Position numbers and translations under genes: made by a program. A DNA stretch of 64,000 nucleotides from Eubacteriales bacterium. GTDB lineage: Bacteria > Bacillota > Clostridia > Oscillospirales > UMGS1783. This document shows positions 57,375 to 64,000 of this stretch, in pieces (positions within the stretch are counted from its first letter, which is position 1; every line of letters begins with the position of its first letter). The DNA lies in contig JAZQIZ010000001.1 of NCBI GenBank assembly GCA_045541395.1, forward strand, positions 107,701 through 171,700, in the 5' to 3' direction. The notes beneath the pieces are model-generated. The model was not told where the DNA came from, searched no databases, and saw only the letters and a list, made by a program, of their open reading frames with translations.

Positions 57375-59081
57375 ATGGCGGAATATATTGATTTATACAC
57401 AAAGGAAGGCAAGGAACTTAATGGAATTCCATGGAATAGCTATCCCCGTCCTCAATTAAAGAGAGATTCGTTTTATAACCTTAACGGTTATTGGGGATTC
57501 GCTGTTACAAATGGAGATGAACCTATAGAATATTCAGATAAAATACTTGTTCCTTTTTCTCCGGAAACGTTGCTTTCAGGTATTCATAAGTGTTTCAAAG
57601 AAGAAGATGTATTGTGGTATAGTAGGTCATTTTCTTTGCCGAAAGATTTTCTTAGGGAAAAGGTAATACTGCACTTTGGCGCCTGTGACCAGTTTGCGGA
57701 TGTGTATGTTAATGGAAAATTGGTTGGAAGTCATAAAGGAGGTTATCATCCTTTCAGCTTTGATATAACCGATTATTTAATGGCAGATAATATCATTACA
57801 GTAAGAGTTGAAGATCATTTAAGTAATTGCAAATTGCCTTACGGAAAACAAAAGCATAACCGAGGCGGTATGTGGTATACTCCGGTTTCGGGCATTTGGC
57901 AAACAGTTTGGCTGGAAAGTGTTCCTGATGAATATATCAGGAGCGTCAGGATCAATACAGGATCGGACTATGCCGAAATAATTGTAACTGGCGTGTCGGA
58001 GGGAAGGATTATAGTTGATACGCCTGATGGGAAAAGGGAAGTTGCATTAGTGGACGGCAGAGCTGTAATTGCTTTTGCTGAGCCAAGGCTTTGGTGCCCG
58101 GATGATCCTTATCTATATGAATTTACTATTATTACTCAATATGATAGCGTAAGTTCTTATTTTGCTTTACGTACACTTGAAATCAAAGAAATTAAAGGGT
58201 ACAAACGTTTGTGTTTAAATGGTAAGCCATATTTCTTCCATGGTCTACTAGATCAAGGCTATTGGAGTGACGGGTTATTTACACCCGCTACGGAGAAAGG
58301 TTACGAAAAAGATATTCTTGCAATGAAATCTTTAGGGTTTAATACCTTAAGAAAGCATATTAAAATTGAACCTGAACTGTTTTACTATGAATGCGATAGA
58401 TTAGGTATGGTTGTTTTTCAGGATATGGTTAATAACGGAGATTATAAATATTTTCGCGACACCGCTTTTCCTGCCGTTTCATTTAAATATGCTCTGGATA
58501 ACTTTTTGCATATGGATAAAGAAACAAGAGAAAATTTTATTGACAGTATGGATCAAACTGTTATCGGGTTGTATAATCACCCCTGTATTTGCTACTGGAC
58601 AATATTCAATGAAGGTTGGGGGCAATTTTCAAGCACCAAAATGTATAATCATTTAAAAGAAATGGATAATACTCGTTTTATTGATTCAGCTTCCGGTTGG
58701 TTTTTTGGAGGCAAAACCGATGTTGATAGTTGGCATATATACTTCCAGAAAAAGAAGCTTAAGGCAAGGAAGAAACCTCTATGTCTCACTGAATGCGGAG
58801 GCTATTCCTGGAAACCGGAAGGTCATGTTTATAATAATGATAAAACCTATGGTTATGGCAGTTATTATGACAGAGGCAGCTTAGTTGAAGGGATTAGAAA
58901 GTTATATCTTGATAAAATTATTCCTCTTGCAAAAAAGGGATTATGCTGTGCTATATATACGCAGGTATCCGATATTGAAGATGAAACAAACGGATTATTT
59001 ACTTATGATCGCGAAGTATTAAAAATTCGACCTGAAGAATTCACTGATATTGCGTTAATGCTTCAGGAAAATGTAAAATAA
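57375..59081 (+). CDS. Glycoside hydrolase family 2
   Basis: YPRPQL, LHFGACD, GIWQTVWLE, LDQGYWSDG, RKHIKIE, FNEGWGQ, TECGG, YTQVSDIEDETNG; no signal peptide. Confidence 0.9.
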   Translation: MAEYIDLYTKEGKELNGIPWNSYPRPQLKRDSFYNLNGYWGFAVTNGDEPIEYSDKILVPFSPETLLSGIHKCFKEEDVLWYSRSFSLPKDFLREKVILHFGACDQFADVYVNGKLVGSHKGGYHPFSFDITDYLMADNIITVRVEDHLSNCKLPYGKQKHNRGGMWYTPVSGIWQTVWLESVPDEYIRSVRINTGSDYAEIIVTGVSEGRIIVDTPDGKREVALVDGRAVIAFAEPRLWCPDDPYLYEFTIITQYDSVSSYFALRTLEIKEIKGYKRLCLNGKPYFFHGLLDQGYWSDGLFTPATEKGYEKDILAMKSLGFNTLRKHIKIEPELFYYECDRLGMVVFQDMVNNGDYKYFRDTAFPAVSFKYALDNFLHMDKETRENFIDSMDQTVIGLYNHPCICYWTIFNEGWGQFSSTKMYNHLKEMDNTRFIDSASGWFFGGKTDVDSWHIYFQKKKLKARKKPLCLTECGGYSWKPEGHVYNNDKTYGYGSYYDRGSLVEGIRKLYLDKIIPLAKKGLCCAIYTQVSDIEDETNGLFTYDREVLKIRPEEFTDIALMLQENVK

Positions 59082-59084
59082 GAA

Positions 59085-59110
59085 AAGACGTTGCTGTATA
59101 GCAACGTCTT
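59085..59110. terminator. Bidirectional terminator
   Basis: aagacgttgct-gtat-agcaacgtctt between convergent genes. Confidence 0.8.
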
Positions 59111-59113
59111 ATT

Positions 59114-60079
59114 TTATAACTGTTCAAAGGCCTGTATCTGATATTCTGTGCTCATAGGATCTTCAGGCTGCCAACCCATTAAATCAAAATCAAAGATTTC
59201 AGGAATAAAACCGCCTTTTTCATCGCCTAACAGGCTGTGAATGTATTTTGCTTCTGCAAAAATATCTTCTTTTGTGCCGGAAATGCAGGTTTTTTGATAA
59301 TCGAGAGGTTGACAGAAGCAAACTTTTCCTTTAAAGTCCTTAGCAAGATTTTCGGGATCGTTTAGGTTTATTTGCCCTAAGTTAAGTATATCTACACCTG
59401 CATCTATTAGATCTTTAATAATTGGATATACAACTCCGCAGGTATGGAAGAATACGTCCATGCCAAGGCTATGCGCAAGATCAAACTGTTTTTTATAATG
59501 TGGAAGAAAGTGCTCTCTCCACATTTCAGGTGAAATAAACAGTGAACGTTGTGTGCCCCAGTCATCAAACAGAGCAACACCGTCAAACCCCAGCTTATGC
59601 ATATTTTCTATTATACGATTTTCAACACCGAAAACAGCATCAGCAAGTTTTTTAACGTTTTCAGGTTCCATATATAGGTCGCACATAAGATTTTCAAAAC
59701 CTCTGAGCATCATCATTACAGTAAAACCACTTAAGAATGTACTGCCCATAAGGTATCTGTCGCCAACCTCATAGTCATTAAGCCTGCGAAATCGGTCAGC
59801 TCTGTTAGGGTCAGGAAGCTTTGTTGCAATATAGTTATCAAGGTCTTCAATATTGGCTATTGGATTAAAATGCGGTACCCCCATAGGAGCAGATTCGCCC
59901 GGTTCTATGTCCCAGGTGAATCCCCATTCAACACCGTCCTGCTTTTCTCCCATGGCCCAATCTTCACATACAACCATTACTATGTCTGAACGTGAAAGAT
60001 CTCCGTTAAAAAAGAATTTTGGAACTCTTCCGGGAGTATTGAATTTTATTGCTTTTTTAACTACTTCTTTTCTCGTCAT
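59114..60079 (-). CDS. Uroporphyrinogen-decarboxylase-fold protein (methyltransferase-like)
   Basis: LRGFENLMCDL, FDDWGTQ, ISPEMWRE, FFHTCG, GGFI; GAGG RBS before ATG 60079. Confidence 0.85.
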   Translation of the reverse strand: MTRKEVVKKAIKFNTPGRVPKFFFNGDLSRSDIVMVVCEDWAMGEKQDGVEWGFTWDIEPGESAPMGVPHFNPIANIEDLDNYIATKLPDPNRADRFRRLNDYEVGDRYLMGSTFLSGFTVMMMLRGFENLMCDLYMEPENVKKLADAVFGVENRIIENMHKLGFDGVALFDDWGTQRSLFISPEMWREHFLPHYKKQFDLAHSLGMDVFFHTCGVVYPIIKDLIDAGVDILNLGQINLNDPENLAKDFKGKVCFCQPLDYQKTCISGTKEDIFAEAKYIHSLLGDEKGGFIPEIFDFDLMGWQPEDPMSTEYQIQAFEQL

Positions 60080-60089
60080 ATTATAATCC

Positions 60090-61100
60090 TCATTTGTTGT
60101 AGAAATCATTCACTGCCTTAAAGAAAGAGTTAATATTATCCCATGGAGTCATGGGGGGAATATCGCATCCACTTGAAATAATAAAGTTGTTTTTATAACA
60201 ACAATTGTTCATAATTTTTATTGTGGTTTCATAAACAGAATTTACGGTGCCGTTTAATAACTGTTCGGAAGGACTAAGGTTACCCATTACAAGTACGTCG
60301 TCCGGTGAATCCGGAAGCATATCCTCCATTTTAACAGCATCACCGAAGTGATATCCCATTGCTCCGATCTCATAAATATCCTTTGCCATAGGAACAACAT
60401 TATTGCCACAGTTATGATAAATTACCGCAAAGTTGTCATCCTGAACAGCATCAATTATTTTTTTAACGTAAGGATGAGAAAATTCTTTTGCAAGATTAGG
60501 AGATAAAAGCCCCGCCAAAGGTTCTGCCATAAGCACACCGTTAGCGCCTGCTTCTTTGTAAGCTTTACAATATTCAATTGTGAAATCGCTTACCTTTTCA
60601 AGAACTTTATGAACCATGTCAGGCTCAGCATAGCAATAGATCATTGCTTCGTTTACGTCCATAAGACGACCTGCCAATGAAAAAGGTCCAATTACACCTG
60701 CGAATACAGGCCTGTCAGTAATTTCTTTAGTTGCAATTTTAATGGCATCAATATAAAGACCTGTTCTTGCATCTCCAACCTTAGGAACTTTAAGAGAATC
60801 AGCCTCTTCTTCTTCGGATACAATAGCACCAATAACTGTAGGAACTTCTGTATCGCTGACACTGATTGTTGCGCCAAATGCTTCAGCTTCAACCGAAAGA
60901 TCCATAAGAGATACAGAAGCAGCACTATCAATGTTTTTAGATGTTAAAATCATGCCTTGAGCCTGATATTCACTGGAGTTTATCAGTTCTTTAACGGATA
61001 TACCCATTAAGCTTACACAAGGAAAGGAAAGTATAGGCATTGCTTTTTTTTGGGGTGCGTTGATTTGGTCAGCTACCCAATTTTTCATATTCATAATCAT
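60090..61100 (-). CDS. MtaA/CmuA-family methylcobamide methyltransferase (UroD fold)
   Basis: MDLSVEAEAFG, GPFSLA, AEP.AGLLSP, YHNCG and SSGCDIP (Zn ligands H-x-C...C). Confidence 0.85.
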   Translation of the reverse strand: MIMNMKNWVADQINAPQKKAMPILSFPCVSLMGISVKELINSSEYQAQGMILTSKNIDSAASVSLMDLSVEAEAFGATISVSDTEVPTVIGAIVSEEEEADSLKVPKVGDARTGLYIDAIKIATKEITDRPVFAGVIGPFSLAGRLMDVNEAMIYCYAEPDMVHKVLEKVSDFTIEYCKAYKEAGANGVLMAEPLAGLLSPNLAKEFSHPYVKKIIDAVQDDNFAVIYHNCGNNVVPMAKDIYEIGAMGYHFGDAVKMEDMLPDSPDDVLVMGNLSPSEQLLNGTVNSVYETTIKIMNNCCYKNNFIISSGCDIPPMTPWDNINSFFKAVNDFYNK

Positions 61101-61103
61101 TTA

Positions 61104-62552
61104 TTATTGCCTTTCAAACATCATTTGTTCAATATAGTTATTATTAAACAGCTCGTCTCCGCCAATATTTATATGTTCAGAATTTGAAGCTAAAACTTCT
61201 AGTTCCGAAATCAGATTTCTATTAAATATCAGCTCGGTTGCTCCGGCAAGGGAGGCATTGCCTAAGATAAGCTCTTTATTTTTAAATTCTTTAGGAATAA
61301 GACCTGTATTTATTGCACTGTTAATATTAATATGCGCACCAAAACCGCCTGCAATATATAAGTTTTTTATATCCTCAGGTTTTATATTGGATTTACTGAT
61401 GACAGTTAGAATACCTGCGCATATGGCTGCTTTGGCAAGTTGGAATTGCCTAATATCTCTTCCTGTAACTGTAACGTTTTTACAAAGAGAAATATCATTA
61501 TCGACAGCCCCGGTTTCATCTATTATTTCAAAGTCCAAATAGGTAGAAACAGCATCAATAAGGCCAGAACCGCATATTCCAACAGGTGTGCAATCATTAA
61601 TTGTATGTATTTCCACTTTGCCGTTATTTATTGCTACTTTATCAATTGCACCTTCAATGCTCTGGCAACCGCAGGAAATTCCAACTCCTTCAAATGCAGG
61701 ACCGGCAGCAGTTGAAGTTACGTATAATTTTTTATTTTTCCATAGTGCGACCTCACCGTTTGTGCCAAGGTCACATAATAAATTAATATTTTCATTGCAC
61801 ATGCCGCTCGAAAGAACGGCACAGGTAACATCCGCCCCAACAAACGCATTCATACAAGGGGGTATATATGCTTTTTTACCAAGTACAGTGGTTTCATAAC
61901 CAAAAAGCTCATCAGCATCAAAAGGAGCGGTTGCAATACTTTTAGGATTTTTTTCTGTTAGAAGATACATCATTGTAGTATTGCCGGTAATAACAAGACC
62001 TTTTACGTCACAGATCGAAATGTTGCACTTATTGCAAGCATTTTCTAATAATTCATTAATGTCAGAAATAACTTGTTCTTTTAATATATGTGCTTTTCCT
62101 GTAAGGGCAGCATCTATTCTACCCATTACGTCAGATGCAACAGCGCTTTGAGAATTTAGCTTTGCACAAGTATAAATAACTTTACCGTTTTCAATATCGC
62201 AAAGATTTAATACGACCGTTGTGGTTCCAATATCTATAGCTGCACCGTAACCTTCGCAATAGGGTGCGATAGGTGTAAAAAATTGCTTATTTCCTTTTGC
62301 AATTTGCTGTATTGGTTTATTGTCCTTTAAAATGACTGTTGTGTCATTGGTAATAACAGTATTACAGGTAAGGCCTTCAAAGGTGCCGTCAGAGTTTATA
62401 AAAAATGCATTGCATTTTTTACATATACCTTTTTTACCGCAAGGGTGCGGAGCAAATATGCCCGCACCCTCTAAAACTTCACATACTAAAGGAGCGCCTT
62501 CAAAGGGGGCTTTCAATTCTTTTCCGTTTTGTAAAACAGTAAGTACTGCCAT
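61104..62552 (-). CDS. ASKHA-type ATP-dependent corrinoid reductive activator (RACo/DUF4445) with N-terminal 2Fe-2S domain
   Basis: CGKKGICKKC...C, AIDIGTTT, FVGAD, DLGTNGE, AAGPAFEG, GICGSG, QLAKAAI, AGGFG, GNASL.GA. Confidence 0.9.
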   Translation of the reverse strand: MAVLTVLQNGKELKAPFEGAPLVCEVLEGAGIFAPHPCGKKGICKKCNAFFINSDGTFEGLTCNTVITNDTTVILKDNKPIQQIAKGNKQFFTPIAPYCEGYGAAIDIGTTTVVLNLCDIENGKVIYTCAKLNSQSAVASDVMGRIDAALTGKAHILKEQVISDINELLENACNKCNISICDVKGLVITGNTTMMYLLTEKNPKSIATAPFDADELFGYETTVLGKKAYIPPCMNAFVGADVTCAVLSSGMCNENINLLCDLGTNGEVALWKNKKLYVTSTAAGPAFEGVGISCGCQSIEGAIDKVAINNGKVEIHTINDCTPVGICGSGLIDAVSTYLDFEIIDETGAVDNDISLCKNVTVTGRDIRQFQLAKAAICAGILTVISKSNIKPEDIKNLYIAGGFGAHININSAINTGLIPKEFKNKELILGNASLAGATELIFNRNLISELEVLASNSEHINIGGDELFNNNYIEQMMFERQ

Positions 62553-62560
62553 CCTTATAT

Positions 62561-63103
62561 TTACTCCTTTATTAGCAACAATCCAAAATAAGTTACAGTG
62601 TTTTCACCGTTTATATATTTCAGTGATGTATCTTTACATGTATTATATACGTCAATCCCATGGCCTTCCATTGGAGGAAGGGCTAAATCCGGATGACGGC
62701 AAGGCTCATTTGAATGAATTGCGCATTCATCGCAAATCTTACATCCTCCGCCGCTTAAGTGTAGGAATTCATCATTCATATACGATTTAACTGCTTTTTG
62801 GATTTCAATTGTTAATTCTTCGTGCTTTTTGCCTGCTTCCATCATGCCTTCAAAATCATAACTGTCTTCAATTTCATATACAGTTTGATATAAAACGCCT
62901 TTGGAGAAGGAACGCACTTTTTCAATCAATTCATTTATCTCACCAATACAGGGAGGGCACATCCAATTCTTACCGTACAAACCGCATTGATTCGATGCAC
63001 AGACCTCTCTGAAATAAGGGGATAAAACAATTTTGTCTTTGGCTATGATTTCGGCTTTATATGCGCCTGAATCTATAGCGATATCTAATAGTTTATTGAT
63101 CAT
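62561..63103 (-). CDS. DUF2284-family Cys-rich metal-binding protein
   Basis: C..N.CG.YGKNWMCPP, GGCKICDEC, PCRHP, MEGHGIDV. Confidence 0.85.
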   Translation of the reverse strand: MINKLLDIAIDSGAYKAEIIAKDKIVLSPYFREVCASNQCGLYGKNWMCPPCIGEINELIEKVRSFSKGVLYQTVYEIEDSYDFEGMMEAGKKHEELTIEIQKAVKSYMNDEFLHLSGGGCKICDECAIHSNEPCRHPDLALPPMEGHGIDVYNTCKDTSLKYINGENTVTYFGLLLIKE

Positions 63104-63732
63104 TATTCAAAATAAGAAACTGCTTTTTCTGCGCAGGAAGTAGCGTCGCAAGTATAAGCATCTGCACCTATCTGCTGGCAGAAGGATTCTGTTACAGGAG
63201 CGCCGCCCACCATGATCTTAACTTCTTCTCTGATGCCTGCTTCCTCTGCTGCTTTAACAACGTCAGCCATAACGCCCATAGTTGTTGTTAAAAGAGCGGA
63301 GCAGCAAATAACTTTACAGCCTTGATCCTTAGCTGCTTCAATAAATTTTGCAGGGGATACGTTTGTGCCAAGATCAACAACGTCAAGACCTTTGCCTTCA
63401 AGCATCATCTTAACAAGGTTCTTGCCTATATCGTGAAGGTCACCTTCAACGGTACCAATGCAAACCTTGCCCTTAGCCTTTGCGCCTTCTTCAGCAAGAA
63501 GGGGTTTAAGAATAGCAGTACCCTGCTGCATAGCGCGAGCCGCAACAAGAACCTCAGGTACGTAAATTTCATTGTTTTTAAACTTTTCGCCAACAACGTT
63601 CATACCGTCAAGTAAGCCTTCTTCTAAGATTGTTTTAGCAGGGATGCCTTCATCAACCGCCTGCTGTACAAGCTCTTTTACCATTTTGAATTTGCCTTCC
63701 TGCAATTTTAAAGAAATTTCTTTTACGTCCAT
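63103..63732 (-). CDS. Corrinoid (B12-binding) methyltransferase cognate protein
   Basis: Cap motif GM..VG..F.....YVPEVL; GDLHDIGKNLV; SALLTTTM; VGGAP. Confidence 0.93.
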   Translation of the reverse strand: MDVKEISLKLQEGKFKMVKELVQQAVDEGIPAKTILEEGLLDGMNVVGEKFKNNEIYVPEVLVAARAMQQGTAILKPLLAEEGAKAKGKVCIGTVEGDLHDIGKNLVKMMLEGKGLDVVDLGTNVSPAKFIEAAKDQGCKVICCSALLTTTMGVMADVVKAAEEAGIREEVKIMVGGAPVTESFCQQIGADAYTCDATSCAEKAVSYFE

Positions 63733-63864
63733 TATTATTTCCTCCCATTTTAATAGTAAATAAAATAATTATTGTCTTTTTATCTTGATTGTAGTATAAT
63801 CTTATTCGTAATGATAGTATTGTTAAAATAAACTTTTTTTTGTTTTTTTATTAGGTGATAATCT

Positions 63865-64000
63865 ATGAATTCCGAATTATTTGCCATCTTACCCCAAAGC
63901 AGAATTAGTGAAGTATTGGATAATCTTCAGCAATTTACATCATTATCAATACAGCTTATTGATAATCGCGGTGAAATGCTTATGTCCTTTGGTAAAACAA
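63865..64000 (+). CDS. N-terminal fragment of a probable PocR-sensor transcriptional regulator (partial)
   Basis: AGGTG RBS, ATG 63865, MNSELFAILPQSRISEVLDNLQQFTSLSIQLIDNRGE... open to window end; resembles PocR-domain N-termini; divergent from the corrinoid cassette. Confidence 0.55.
   Translation, partial: MNSELFAILPQSRISEVLDNLQQFTSLSIQLIDNRGEMLMSFGKT

Noticed and set aside
59114-61100. Annotation of the two UroD-fold genes as hemE
   Set aside because: They lack the HemE RQAGR motif, carry H-x-C zinc motifs and sit with corrinoid genes
1-64000. CRISPR arrays, tRNA/rRNA, IS elements, integrases, prophage or known defence genes
   Set aside because: No spaced direct repeats, structural RNA signatures or mobile-element proteins were seen; the intergenic inverted repeats are explained as terminators or operators

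Overview
AT-rich chromosomal segment from an anaerobic Firmicute, most likely a gut or rumen Clostridia/Oscillospiraceae-like organism (inferred from gene content, sigmaA-type promoters and AGGAG RBSs). It is almost entirely metabolic and housekeeping. In order: nrdR, murC, ackA/tmcAL, an NhaC-family transporter, an amino-sugar cluster (N-acylglucosamine 2-epimerase, ROK repressor with operator, divergent DeoC-like aldolase, PIG-L deacetylase, ROK kinase), a CofE-like ligase and an MBOAT/DHHW O-acylation operon. These are followed by an ARG-box-controlled argCJBDF-carA-carB operon, a ZTP-riboswitch-led purine/fhs operon, an acyl-CoA synthetase-iorAB-paaK-ACT operon, a complete his operon with a HisR-type box, a GH2 glycosidase and a corrinoid methyltransferase cassette with a PocR-type regulator. 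I found no rRNA, tRNA, CRISPR array, IS or phage genes. The most unusual feature is the carbamoyl-phosphate synthetase. CarA has lost its catalytic Cys and His, and CarB has a divergent allosteric domain and is fused to a DapF-like domain missing one catalytic Cys. PurF also lacks its Cys1 nucleophile, which together suggests ammonia-fed nitrogen entry. Family calls come from motif recognition, not database searches.
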